Positions 48,349 through 61,701 of a stretch of DNA of 64,000 bases are shown here, piece after piece. How positions within the stretch are numbered: the stretch's first letter is position 1; each line of letters starts with the position of its first letter. Source of the DNA: Squalus acanthias (taxonomy: Eukaryota); the NCBI GenBank assembly GCA_030390025.1, contig CM059432.1, positions 142,788,001 through 142,852,000 of the forward strand. The letters run 5' to 3'. The position numbers and the translations under genes are program-made. The notes beneath the pieces are model-generated. The model made no database searches and was not told the DNA's origin. It saw nothing but the letters and a program-made list of their open reading frames with translations.

Positions 48349-51334
48349 ATTAGAGGAGTGCATGGAGATTATACCATCAAATTAGAGAAAGCATAGCCCT
48401 AGGGCTGTATGTCAACACATGGAGAGCAGTCACTGGCCTTCAACTGTTGTTTTTATTTGAGTTTACCTATGCATTTTATGAAGCTTTTTGTATAGCTTGG
48501 GCAGTGCTTGTAGGAGTGTGAAGATCTGACTGCCTTCAGCTGGTTCCTACAATTAGAAACGTGGACGTTTTTAAAAGGAATTCAGGCGGTCTCAACCTCC
48601 TTTAACACTGAACGTTCAAAATTCAGCTTCAGACCAGTTGCACTTTCCAGATACTTATGGTTGCTATTGATTTTGGCCCTTGCGTCTTGGGTAGTCAGTC
48701 CACTTGCTCCTCAGACGTCTTACCTTACCACGCTGTCATACGGGATACATGTCTCTTCTGTTGTTGATGTCAGTTGATAACAGTGTCATATTCCAATATG
48801 ACGACTCTTGTGTTGGAGCCATTTGGGTGGGATAGGGAAGAGCTGCCAGCACCTGTGGAAATGTACTCCACTCGAGGAGGAGAGGAAAGTGGGAAAAGCA
48901 TTGTTTTCCTGATTACTGCCCTTCCAACTACAGAAAGATGAGATATATTTTGTACTTCCTAAAATCAATCCAAGCCTGATGAAGTCATGTATACTGGTGA
49001 TGCACAGATAACATTACACACAGATTAAGGGAAAAGAAACCAATCTCAATTCTTAAGATATCAGTAAAATACTACTGTTTGCATACGAAGAATAGTTACC
49101 ACGATTGAGGATAATGTGGTTATTTTGTTGTGCCCAGAAAGCAAGTCTGCTTAATCTTGAATGTACAGTCTGGGAGAAAATGTAACTGGAATGTCGGCTG
49201 AAGCAAGAAAATGATTGATGCTTTTTCTATTTTAATTCACCATAATTGATGCTCCAACTTGTGCTGAATTCAGCTGATTTTAATTATAATAACTAATTAA
49301 TACGCTGGCAAAAGATGAAAGGGAAAAAAATAATGGTTTCATGATTCTCCTTGTCCAAAAATGAGTGAAAGAGCTCAGTGAATCAGGTAGATTAATGGTT
49401 GTTTCTCAAATTCCCTGTGGTGTTTGTAAGCAGATTTCTAAAGTTCAGTGCTGCAAATGATCACTGTGTAGTTGGGAGCTTGATTCACGTCTGCGCCTTC
49501 ATGTGGGGTGAGTGGTATTTTGTGGATATGGGTTGATTCATATCCGAGCCTCTATTCACTGAGACAAAATAGTGTTTCTGTTCATTCACTTTTAGGTAGC
49601 TGCCAAAAAATAAATGGCCGCGATGAGCAAGCATGTAATTGTTGTTTTGAAAGTACTTTAAAGACTTTGTTTGATTATTTGGGCATTTTAATGTATCATC
49701 TTTGTCTGACTGTTGCAGAGTCATGTCATAACAATTGTATCCTTTGTGCACAATGTTAAATGCTGGCAGCTATTTATTCACACTTTGTAGTTATTTCAGC
49801 AGTGGCTGTACCAGTGAGCATGCACTAATCTATTTATGGATGGTTAAAACCAAAGGCATTTGGTAGTATTTATCCAAAATTAGACCCAAAAAATGTGAAA
49901 TGACCTGTTCACTTATGTGTAGGAACCAGAGTGGGCCGTTGAACCCATTCAGCCTTCTCTTTCACTCGTTAGTCATGCAAGATATCGTTTTCTTCCAACT
50001 CCCTGACCTTTCTCCATACCCTTTTAATATCGTTGCTACCCAAGTAAATATCCAACTCCATTTTCAAGATCTTAGTGGTTCTGTATCAATGGCCTAATGC
50101 AGCATTGCATTCCACTTTCATGGATTCACCTTTAACCGGCCTAATTCCGAATTTTATAATTGCGAGCTGATCTCCTGTGACATTGCATTTGGGGGGTGAA
50201 GACCAAAAATAGTCTTTGGGTGAAGCTGGGGTGCAGGGCAGGCGATAATTGGAGCAAGGCATGCAGATGTGATTCAGTGCCCATTTTAAAGTCATAAATT
50301 CTGTCCTTATTTTTCCAAGTAATTGGATTTTATATTTATGGTTGCAGCAAAACTGACAGCAATTTGAGAATCACCGTAGTAGAGTTAGCTGAAGCATATA
50401 GTTTCTCTGGTACAGGTGGAGGAGCTAGAACATGCAAACTTGAGATGCTGCAGTGCCTCCACTGGTAGGAGGATATCATTACTGCATAACAAGTTTACAG
50501 CCGGAGCTCTGATATGGGCACTAATTCTTGGTCTCGCAGAACTACTTCGTTTCCACTCCTTTTTAATACCTGCCAGTTCGTTTTATTGACTTGTGAAGCT
50601 GGATCCTTAAATCCCTTTGTTCTTGTACTCTCCTACTTGCGCAGTATTCCTATTCCCATTGCGTCTCGTGTACTATTCCACACTTGGTAACGTTAAAATG
50701 GCATCTGCCATCACGCAGCTTACTCACTTTACGTAACTTTCTGTTCTTTTCTTGACCCGTTCATTATACCTGTTGGCTTATCATCTGCCCACTTGCATGC
50801 ACTCCTCACTATTCCCAAATCGATGTGGTTTATATATGCAGTGAAAAGCTGGGCCCCTGGCAACACCCGTTTTTGCCGGCCAATATCGCAATGTTGCTTT
50901 CATCCCAACTCGCTGCCTCCTGGCAGAGGCACTGCAGGATCTCGGTTTGCATGTCCCAGCTCCTCAGCTTGTACCACAGAGAAACGACAGTGAAACCTGT
51001 AAATTAGGGACACCCAAGGGACCTGCATCAGGTGTCCTTATATTCAAAATGGTCATTGTATGTACTGTAAAAATTGGTGGTGCAAGAGATGAGTGGCATT
51101 GGCATGTTCTACGATGCCAACGCTCAGCACTCCATCCCTCGTCGGTGTCTCCACTCTCCAGTACTTGAAGTTTAACCAGCCTATTTAAAGCACCAGTGTT
51201 CCACCTGTCAGCCCACCTAACAGTCAAGGTAGTTACTAGCTGCTTACTGTTGGCTCATTGCAACTGTTCAAAAATAGAGCTTGGAGTTAAGTGGTGAGAA
51301 GAGAGGAGCAGGTGCCAGTCACCACATCTTGCAG

Positions 51335-51895
51335 TAACCAAAGCCTTTCCACCATCTACAAGGCACAAGTAAGGAGTGTGATGGAATACTCTCCACTTGC
51401 CTGGATGAGTGCAGCTCCAACAACACTCAAGAAGCTCTACACCATCCAGGACAAAGCAGCCCGCTTGATTGGCACCCCATCCACCACCTTAAACATTAAC
51501 TCCCTCCACCACCGGCGCACCGTGGCTGCAGTGTGTACCATCTACAAGATGCACTGCAGCAATTCGCCAAGACTTCTTCGACAGCACCTCCCAAACCCGC
51601 GACCTCTTCCACCTAGAAGGACAAGGGCAGCAGGCACCTGGGAACACCACCACCTCCAAGTTCCCCTCCACGTCACACACCATCCTGACTTGGAAGTATA
51701 TCGCCGATCCTTCGTCGCTGGGTCAAAATCCTGGCACTCCCTCCCTAACAGCACTGTGGGAGTACCTTCACCACACGGACTGCAGCGGTGCAAGAAGGCG
51801 GCTCACCACCACTTTCTCGAGGGCAATTAGGGATGGGCAATAAATACTGGCCTTGCCAGCGACGCCCACATCCCATAAAACGAATTAAAAAAATA
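51335..51895 (+). mobile_element. LINE family B 3' fragment
   Basis: Encodes IYKAQVRSVMEYSPLAWMSAAPTTLKKL.TIQDKAARLIG and SLHHRRTVAA. The 3' end matches that at 33140. Confidence 0.92.
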
Positions 51896-53044
51896 AATTG
51901 GCTTTGCAGACTCGCCACACATTTACTCCAGGTGATCTTTTGAACACAAGGTACTCTTGAAAGCTGCTATGGCATGGCATTCAAGGTTCAGCACCAATTG
52001 AAGGACAGCACTGTGATCAAGATGTCCTTCCGCAGCTTCCCTCCTCCAGATCACCTAGCGATGCAGCAATACAAGTGGTGCATTGGCATGCTGGAAGAGC
52101 AAGTTCAAAAGCAGATGGACCTTCCTGAGGAAACCTTGACCACTGAGGAGAAAGCATCTATTACTGGGCACAGCCTTGGCCATATCTTCCTGCTTTCTGA
52201 TTGCCAGGGAGCAGCTAAATCTTGAATCTCGGGCCAGCTGGTTACTGCAACAGTTGTTCTTGAAGTCAGCAGGCACTCTTGCCTTGCTCGCTATCACTTT
52301 TAATTCAAGCCAATCTTAAGCAGTGCTGATAAGCTAACCACTTGCTCACAGAACCTCCCTTACTCTTGGGTTGAGAGAAACGGGACACCAGCACTTTAAA
52401 ACAAGCCCCCAATCAAAATTAAATTGTCAAAGGCACGGAACTGACCGGGACTGATTTGCTCTTGCAAGGGAAAGGCATTTTGCAGCAGCCCACGATTTTG
52501 GGCAATTTTTGCTGCACCAAATGACTTGCCAAAACTACTTAACCTTCTAGTGAAGTGGTTCAGTTAAAAAGAAACATGTTTGCAGTGTGTTAACCATGTG
52601 TACGGTGCTGTGGCTGTTGGTGATATTTAGATTGAATGTTTTATTTGGAATCTATTGAAAATGAGTGTAATATTTACCCCTTATAGAATTATTAAAATAC
52701 CTTATGCTGGACTTAGTTTTATAGTGCCATAAATAGTGCAGTGCTGGAATACTGTAATAAAATGGCAATTATTTATTCAGTACATGCTGCATTGAGTCAT
52801 TAGGTATTCTGGCCTGTTTCCATTGAGCTACTTATTCCATTATCCTGCACACTGTAGCTAATGTGATCATTTCTTCCTGGTTGTATGCAACTTTTTTTTC
52901 TCTGTTGTATATATCAAAATTCTACTGAGAGCTGCTTTATCGATTTGATTCTTTGTGACCTGGGTAAATTGTCAGTGCAAGCAAGCATCATCCTTATTTG
53001 CTCTAGCTCAATGCTAAACAAATGGACTGCCCAAATCAAAAGAA

Positions 53045-53765
53045 AAAGAAAGACTTGCATTTCTGTAGCCCCTTTCATGACCTCTGGATGTCCCAAAGCG
53101 CTTTACAGCCAATGAAGTACTTTCAAAGTGTAACCACTGTTGTCGGAAATGTGGCAGCCAACTTGTGCACAGTAAGGTCCCACAAACAGAAATGTTATAA
53201 TGACCAAATCATCTGTTTTAGTGATGTTGATTGAGGGATGAATATTGGCCAGGACACTGAGGATAACTGCCCTGCTTTTTCCTCATAGCCCTGAAAAATG
53301 TTCCTTTTCAGGCATATATCCAATTCCCTTTTGAAAGTTGCTATTAGATCCTCCTCATCTCCCCTCCGATTCTTTCGCCAATGACCTTAAATCCGTGTCC
53401 TCTGGTTACCGACCCTCCTCCCAGCAGAAACAGTTTCCCCTTATTTCCTCTGTAATCACGCAGATGATCTGTTTTTAGTGACGCTGATTGAGGGATAAGT
53501 ATTGCCCAGGACACCAGGGAGAACTCCCCTGCTCTTCGAAATCGTGCCATGGGATCGTTTACGTCCATCTGAGAGAGCAGACGGGGCCTCGGTTTAACGT
53601 CTCATCCGAAAGACGCACCTCCGACAGTGCAGCGCTCAGTCAGTACTGTACTGAACTGTCGGCCTAGATTTTTTTTTTTTGTGTTCAAGTCTCTGGAGTG
53701 GGACTTGAACCCACGACTTTCTGACTTGGAGGCAAGGGTGCTATCAACTGAGCCACGGCTGAGAG
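53045..53765 (-). mobile_element. DeuSINE pieces with an intervening CR1 fragment (about 53283-53450)
   Basis: Reverse complement of the 8574-9045 tail (53045-53280) and head/core (53458-53765). The CR1 peptide GSVTRGHGFKVIG lies between them. Confidence 0.8.
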
Positions 53766-55064
53766 AGGGGGTGGAGAGGAGTTTGCTGCCACACTGGGGC
53801 TGTGGATAGTAAATTACGGCAGGTGCTGATGGGGCCAGTGTTTGCCTTGCTTGGACTCCGGTGCTACGGTTCGGTTTCGGGCCCCTACCATTTTACCAGA
53901 CAGCGATACACTACCGACTTAACCTGGTGTCGAATCTGCACATGTATGATCAATCAAAGGCCTGTTTGTGATGAGGTATTCTAAAAATACTTGACAAATG
54001 ATGAGAGATAGATGACAATGAAGGAAACCATAATTTTTCTGAATAAACAAATAGATTCTATTTATTTTCGACCTCGCAAGAATTCATACACAGTGCGCCA
54101 GTGCATACATTTCTTTGGAGCGCAATTTTGGGCAACAAAAATGAATTGAAATTTTCAGTATTGTATATAGTTGTTCCTTCAGTTTTCCCATCAAATTCAG
54201 TGTGATTCCTTGTGCCAAAGTCCATAACAATAAAGCTTGGATATTTGAGATGTGTATTATTTAAAGCAAAAACAGAATGGGTGCATGCACCCCATGCTGT
54301 GGCACTTAACCATAGCGACCAACAGGTCCTCTGTCTGAAACAAAATACAGAAAATGCTGCAAACACAGCATGTTGGTAAGGCTTTTTGATTTTCAGATTT
54401 TTGCACCAGTATCTGCTTTTTACCCTCAACCAGTCGAGTCCTCCATTAGCTGCGAAGGGCATGATGAATTGCTCGAGTATCCCGGTGTACTTGCACAATC
54501 TGCTTCCACTTGTAGCACATGACTACTCAATCCCTGGATTCTGTCATCACTATGGTATCTATTAATACTGGAGCATAGGCCACTAAAGTAGTTGAAGCAT
54601 CAAACTGACGTAGTCTCCTTAAGGCAGGACTATCGTCCGATCCCAACTGAAGCCAGTTCTGGTGACTACTAACCAACAGCACGGCCATAAGCAGAGCCCT
54701 TGGACTCTGAATTAAAACTGCCTACAATGTTCTGTTTGTGGCAGTTGTGGCCAGCAATGACGCTCCTAAACACGATTGATAATGTTTCTTTTGAACCTTT
54801 CTCCCTCGAAAAAACAATCCAAAAAGATGGCTGATTGGATGAAGTGGTTTTGGTGCCCAAGAATTGATTTTGCCAGGTCTACTGGACTAGGTTTGTCCCT
54901 ACGAAAATAACAAACAATGGCTTCCGTTAGTGCAGCCCAATACCTTGAGTGACAGCTCTTTGACCAATGTGGACAATCATCTGGTTCAAACTCTTCTGTT
55001 TCCCCTTGGATGGATTTTTTTTGTGATTATGCCTTTGAAGCACCGTGGGAATTTATAACCAGGC

Positions 55065-55425
55065 ACTCAAATTTCTATAGCGCCTTTTACAACCTTAGGA
55101 TGTCCCAAAGTGCTTCAGCGTCGATGAAATATTTTCTATTTTGGTGGTATTGGTTGAAGGATAGATGCTGGACAGGACACTAAGAAAGCTCTCCTGCACC
55201 TCTTCAGATAGTGCCATGGGATCTTTTACATCCACACTGAAAGGGAAGCCAGGCCTCAGTTTAATGTCTCATCCGAAAGACGGCATCTCCCAACAATGCA
55301 TCGCCCCCCTCGGTACTGCACTGAAGTGTCAGCCTTGGTTATGTACCCAAGTCCCTGGCTTGGAGCTTGAATCCACAACCTGCCGACTCAGGCAAGAATT
55401 CTACTTCTGATCCAAGGCTGACTCT
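55065..55425 (-). mobile_element. DeuSINE, degraded
   Basis: atagtgccatgggatcttttacatccac, tctcatccgaaagacggca and gtactgcactgaagtgtcagcct. Confidence 0.78.
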
Positions 55426-56916
55426 TATAAAATGCACGTTTTTCTTGTACATTTGTAAAGCAGAATATTCTAAATTCCCTTCTCGGGGAAGGATCTGTTT
55501 CGAGAACAGGTAGAAACCCCATTAAGAAGTTCTAAAATCAAAGGCTGAAGATGTGGGTCTGAGCGAGCCTGCCAGCCCAGCCAGCCGAGTCTTAAGATAG
55601 TCAAGCCAGAGAAACTTCCTTGTTACATTTTGTTTTTAAACCACACTGGGTGGATAGACAAGACCTTGAAAAGGCTGTTCCAAGCTACTGTGGTTCACTG
55701 ACTTCTCGAAGAACTGTTTTTGCTTACAGTGACATTTTAAATATTCATGACTAACGTGGTTTCAGGAATTTGACATTTTAATTTCTTCTGATTTGGAATC
55801 TCATGGGCATTTTATAATGGAAAATGAACAAATGTATTTTGATACCATTCAACAACTATAATCGATGAATGTTTGTGTGTTGAGTAACCAAGTTTATGGT
55901 AGGATAAAGGGTTGACAAACTGGACTTTGTGATTTTGTTTTTCAAACATTCCCGTTTTAATGATCCAGAGTGACTGGGAGTGTTGCCGTCTGGAAAGAGC
56001 AATGATTATTTTTAGGGATTTCCAAGGAGACTGGACCAATATAAAACCACCACCAATCCGACATGGCCACAACAACAGGATTCAAATTTATTTGCCACCT
56101 TTAGGGAAGAAGATGACTTGACTTAATAATGGGCAATTCACAGCTCTAATGATGGACTTAAAAACTGGGATGCTGGGAATGCTGAATGTGAATCAAAAGC
56201 TGAAAATGGTGGAAATACGTAGCGCGTCAGTTAGCATCGGGAAGAGAACAGATAATGAACGTTTCAGGCTACTGCCCTTTGAGTTAACAGTCCTACTCGA
56301 AGGCAGAACATTCACAAAATATTTCAGGGTTGATCAGGTGATATGTAGGCCGAGCCCTTGTAACTCGTATGAGCGCTCAACCCGCTGGGCTAGTTGACAT
56401 AAAATTAGAATACTGGTCGGAAAAATAGTCAGGGTGGTCTATTCATTGAGAAACTGTTGGCTCCTTTCCTGCTCGACCATAATTTCATCCATCGGCATGA
56501 GATCACAATTGGCTTCAATGACTGGGTGCAGTTTGATGAGATGCTGGGTATGTGACATGAAAAGAAAGCTCGTCAGAGGCAGCTAACACATGCTCGTATC
56601 CAGCGAACCACAGATAGGAGCACAGCAGAGCCCCTTCACTAAGATTACTGTGCAACAGACAAGAGGTACAATGTAAGGTAACCAGGCAATTCATTGGGGC
56701 CGTGACTTCACCCAAGGATATTGAAGAACCGCCAAAATGCAATGGAATGCGGAATTAAGTCGTAACTAATAAATTGCAGCACATGTCTGAGCACATCGCC
56801 CCACAGAACCATCCGGGTCGGTCTTTGTGTATCTAACGTTCCCCTTCTTCTCCTCCTCCCACCATTCCCAGGTTGGAAGACGCCATAACTCAATTTTTCC
56901 TACAGCACAGCCTAGC

Positions 56917-58174
56917 CTATGTTCCCTCTAAGGTGCGCGGCACGGATCTGTAAGCTCCTGCGCACTTAAATTCACAGGCCGCGCAGTGAGCTAGAGCGGG
57001 GGGAGGGGCCCAAAACTGAGCGAGCGGGAAAAAAATCATAGCGCTGAGAGAATGGCCCGGGACCCTCGGCGTCGATCCGAATTGGAACGTCGTTTGGTGA
57101 GAGCCCTGGAACCCGGCCAGCATTATCTCGGACTGCTGTTGATTAATGGCGGCCGCAGGACCCACAATTCTCTGCGCCCCAGCAACTGCTCTATCCACCG
57201 CGCTGATTTCCCCGTTGAGAGTGTGCATGCTTCCCCAGTGCTGCGGTGCATTCTCGAACGATAGAAACAGAGTCGGACTCGGTGGAACATAAGAACATAA
57301 GAAGTAGGAGCAGGAGTAGGCCATACGAACCTTCGGGCCTGCTCCGCCATTCAATAGGATCATGGCTGATCCGAACCTAGACTCACGCCCACTTCCCTGC
57401 CTGCTCCCCATAACCCTTAATTCCCTTATCAGCTAGGAAACTGTCTATCTCCGTTTTAAATTTATTTAATGTCGCAGCTTCCACAGCTCTCTGAGGTAGC
57501 AAATTCCATAGATTTACTACCCTCTGAGTGAAGAAGTTTCTCCTCATCTCAGTTTTGAAACGGCAGCCCCTTATTCTAAGATTATGCCCCCTAGTTCTAG
57601 TCTCACCCATCAGTGGAAACATCCTCCCCGCATCCACCCGATCAAACCCTCTCACAATCTTATATGTTTCGATAAGATCGCCTCTCATTCTTCTGTATTC
57701 CAATGAGTAGAGGCCCAACCTACTCAACCTTTCCTCATAAGTCAACCCCCTCATCTCCAGAATCAACCGAGTGAACCTTCTCTGAACTGCCTCTAGAGCA
57801 AGTATATCTTTTCTTAAATATGGAAACCAAAACTGTACGCAGTACTCCAGGTGTGGCCTCACCAGTACCCTGGAAACGGTTGAAGAAAGCGGGAGGCGGC
57901 AGCTAGGATGGGGGAGGCCCTGGAGCAGCGATTTAATGGTGCTGGGGCCCTCGCTGTACGCCCGCTAGGCCCGGCGACGCTGATTCGGGGCCTGAGATGC
58001 ACACTTGGTGACTTGTTGCTGAGGCCTGCACTCGCCCCTGCTGCTTCCTGAAGCCGCACCGCACAGACTGGCAATTTCTGGCCACACTTTGGAACAACAC
58101 ACCAGGGTAGCCGATCGGAGAAAGTTGAGAAGTTGAGGACCTCAATATGCGCGGCAGGCAGGAAAGGGAATACA
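56917..58174. mobile_element. Possible non-autonomous hAT-like element interrupted by a CR1
   Basis: GC-rich block with weak terminal inverted similarity ctatgttccctcta.../...aaagggaatacag. No clear TSD. Confidence 0.4.
57287..57868 (-). mobile_element. 5'-truncated CR1 LINE
   Basis: Encodes RPHLEYCVQFW...RRNFFTQRVVNLWN...KGIKGYG and has an (aacataag)n tail. Confidence 0.95.
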
Positions 58175-59428
58175 GTTATATTTTTATTATGTTGTACTGT
58201 ATTTGGAATATATTTATTTTTAGATTAACTATTTAAAATAAATTATCCCGATCTCTAGACAGAGTGTCTTGGTGAACCTCTTCAGGCAAAACTTTTTTTT
58301 AACGTTTCAATTCATGCGGTGTAATGCAGACAAAGGTGAGCTGTGGATGTGTAACCCAAGAAGACGGTCCTGAACTGGAAATGTTGGTGTGAGTGTCTGT
58401 CTGATTGAAGCTGAACAATACCAAGGTGGGAGGGGAAGGGAAAGGGAAGCACTTCTTAATCTTAAATTAGGACGCAGTTCTACAGCCGATTTTCCTCCCA
58501 TGGAAAGTGGTTTTGGGTGCACTTCAATGAAAAAGTGGTGGTATAACCTAAGAGATAATTGAGGGTACTAAAGGTGTGAGGCATGAATCTCGTACGGGTT
58601 TATGTTTACACCGAGTGCATGTTGACTCCAGCTTTAGTTTCTCACCACCTTCCAACAACTGTTGGAAACAAAGTTATTGCTAATGTCTGGTGTAATAATA
58701 AGAAAACTTAACAGAACAAGTCATTTAGTTCATCAAGTGTTTTCCTTCTACCAATAATATCCAGTCTATTTGATTTTGGGATGAGACGTTAAATCTGCTT
58801 CTGTGGTTCAGATGGATTAATAAGGGACAGCCAGCACGTATTTGTTAAAGGCAAATCGTGTCTGACTAACCTGATTGAGGTAGCATAGGATGTGTGAGAC
58901 TTTGGCCAGAATGTATGTTGAAGCGAGGTTCCTTTTCTCCAAACCGCTAGACACAATGGCCATCTTTGGTTTAACTGCAAATCAATTTAACCTGATGTTT
59001 CCGGTTACAAAGGACAATCTTAGATAGTTAATGTGAACTTGCTAATAGTCGCTAATGTGTTGGTTTCGGTGCCTCTATTGTTCTGGCCAATCTGCCATTA
59101 ACACCTCACATGGGTTGAGTCCCGACCGTCTGTATTGTTCTACTCCACCATTGTCCTGACTAATCTCCAATATTAGCATATCCTAATGGTATGATAATGA
59201 CCCCGAGATGGTGTGATTAACTTTGATGGGACACCTGACACAGCAAATTCTAACACGAGACGTGTGTAATATAGATTTTGTAAGAGCTGTGACATGTTAA
59301 AGATTAAATATAGCCACTAATGACTTTTATAAACTGAAAAAAAACCAACTGATTTCATGATATTCAGGAGTTGGTCTGATTGTCTCATGATTTGAGACGG
59401 TGGGGTGACAATATGGCATTACTGTATA

Positions 59429-59760
59429 CAGGAAACTTTCGTTTATCCGGCACCCTAATATCCGGAATTCTCGCTTAACCGGCAAAAATCAGGTAAGTTT
59501 TATTATCCAGACAAGACCCCGATTCTGACCTTTCGCCCCCACGAAAGGGGGGTCAACGTTCTTCCGACTCCGACCTGTCGCCGCCACGGAGGAAAAAGCC
59601 GGAGTCTCGTTTACCTTCCCTCTCCGGGTCCCAATTGTTCAGCCTGCGGCCGTGTACGGGGCTCTCGTACCTTGGTAAGTATACCTCTCTGTAATCCGGC
59701 ACTTTCGATCAACCGGCACCACGCCGGTCCCGTCGGTGCCGGATAAACGAAAGTTTCCTG
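59429..59760. mobile_element. Tc1/mariner (pogo/Tigger-like) MITE
   Basis: Perfect 26-bp TIR caggaaactttcgtttatccggcacc / ggtgccggataaacgaaagtttcctg, flanked by TA on both sides. Confidence 0.93.
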
Positions 59761-60543
59761 TATATGCTTTTAAGTGGTTGCTGTTGCTATCGTTGTAAAA
59801 GTTGTAAAATTGTTGTTGTAAAATTTGCCCACGGACAAAAAAGGTCGCGCTCAAAGGAGTTTGGGTACAAAAAAGGAGAGGGAACATTAAGCACAGCCCC
59901 TGTGGATTGTTACAATGTTGATGTCTACTCTTGCTCAGTGTATGTTTTACAGTGAAAGGGTATCTCATATGTTGGTGTTTGACCAGATCTGACACTGTGC
60001 ATATTGACTGCACCTGCTGCTAGATGTTTTATTTGGTAATCCCAGTCTAAGTGACGATTCTGAGTGGATATTGTTAACAACAGCTCAGTTTCCACCTGCA
60101 TCAATTTTTATTTTAACAAAGTTCAAGTCAGTAAAAGAATGATTAAAGGATTCAAGTTTCCCACTTAATCTAAACAATAACTCCACTAAGGGAAGAACTC
60201 TCTCTCAAGTTATGTTTCCTAACTTCAGAGATCTGCTTACAAATCTGTTTTTGCATGGTTATACCATTAACCTCTGGCAGCTTTTCCATTCGTGTCACCT
60301 ACACTCTGCAGTGTCCTGAAACCTTTCAGTTCACAATGTTGCTTTATTGAATGATAATTGTGTTTTTTCCCCCTATGTTGTCTAGTGAGGATCATTTACT
60401 TCTAAGAGCATTAGGATGCATTGCAGCTTACTATAACCACCGCAAGGGCTGGATGTATAAAACAAATGGCGATATCTTGCTAGTTTAATGTATGGGATTG
60501 GATATTTGCTACGTATATATGATCATTTTCATTCTCATTCCAG

Positions 60544-60653
60544 GTGCTCGTGAATGACTTTTTCTTGGTGGCCTGTCTTGAGGACTTCATAGAGAATGCC
60601 CGTCTCTTCATTTTTGAGACGTTTTGCCGCATCCATCAGTGCATCAGCATCAG
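60544..60653 (+). CDS. EIF3E: eIF3 subunit E internal coding exon (approx. exon 10, PCI domain)
   Basis: Acceptor ttccAG. The 110-nt exon reads [36 protein letters not shown](ag). Donor is AG|gtacag. It is in frame with the previous exon. Confidence 0.97.
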
Positions 60654-61221
60654 GTACAGACAGTTCTCAATCGCGCAATTTGCACAAAGGGAAAATCTTG
60701 CAGCAGCAAAACATTGAGGGCTTCACCTGGTCATTCCCCAGAAACAAGTCCCGTTCGAACCTAAGTATGGGCAGTCTAATGGCGCTTGAGTAAGAATTCT
60801 CCCTTTTTAAATGAACAGCTCAACTGATGTGGTTCCCAATTAACTGACGAGCATTGGGCAGTGGTCATGAAATCTTCCACGTATAAACTTTGCTTTCAGA
60901 CGTAATTTTTAGCTCCCAACATTTACACACAGCCGAGAATGTTACTACTGTTCAAACAACAACTTACTCGAGCTCATTTAACGTAGCAAAATGTCCCAAG
61001 GCGCTTAACGAGAACGATATCAATAAAAACATATACAAAAGCAAAATAGTGTGGCTGCTGGAAATCTGAAATAAAAGCAGAAAATGCTGGTCAGGCAGCA
61101 TCCGTGAAGAGAGAAACAGAGTTGACGTTTCAGGTCGATGACCTTTTGTCAGAACTGGAAAAAGTTAAGAGATGTAACCGATTTTAAGCAACTGCAGGGG
61201 CAGGGAAAGTGGGGAGGGGAG

Positions 61222-61660
61222 AAACATAGAAACATAGAAACATAGAATCTAGGAGCAGGAGTAGGCCATTCGGCCCGTCGAGCCTGCTCCGCCATTCAAT
61301 ACGATCATGGCTGATCATCCAAATCCAGTACCCTGTCCCTGCTTTAATCCCCACAGTACACATATCCCACCCTACCCCCGTAACCCCACGTATTTAATTC
61401 CCCCTAACATATCCCATCCTATCCCCATAACCCCACATATTTAATCCCCCCTAACACTAAGGGTCAATTTATCATAGCCAAATCAACCTAACCCACACAT
61501 TTTTGGACTGTGGGAGGAAACCGGAGCACCCGGAGGAAACCCACGCAGACACGGGGAGAATGTGCAAACTCCACACAGACAGTCACCCGAGGTCAGATTC
61601 GAACCCGGGTCTCTGGCGCTGTGAGGCACCAGTGCTAACCACTATGCCACCGTGTTGCCC
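61222..61660 (-). mobile_element. HE1/V-SINE fused to a CR1 3' end
   Basis: 61345-61660 is the reverse complement of 2250-2500 with an internal duplication of about 47 bp. 61222-61345 is a CR1 3' UTR plus (aaacatag)n tail. Confidence 0.88.
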
Positions 61661-61701
61661 ATGGGAGGAAAGAACAAAAGGGGAAGGTCTGTAATCAATA
61701 A

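Noticed and set aside
54455..54560. C-box-like ATGATGA (also at about 38738) as a snoRNA
   Set aside because: There is no correctly placed terminal stem with a D box and no recognisable rRNA guide.
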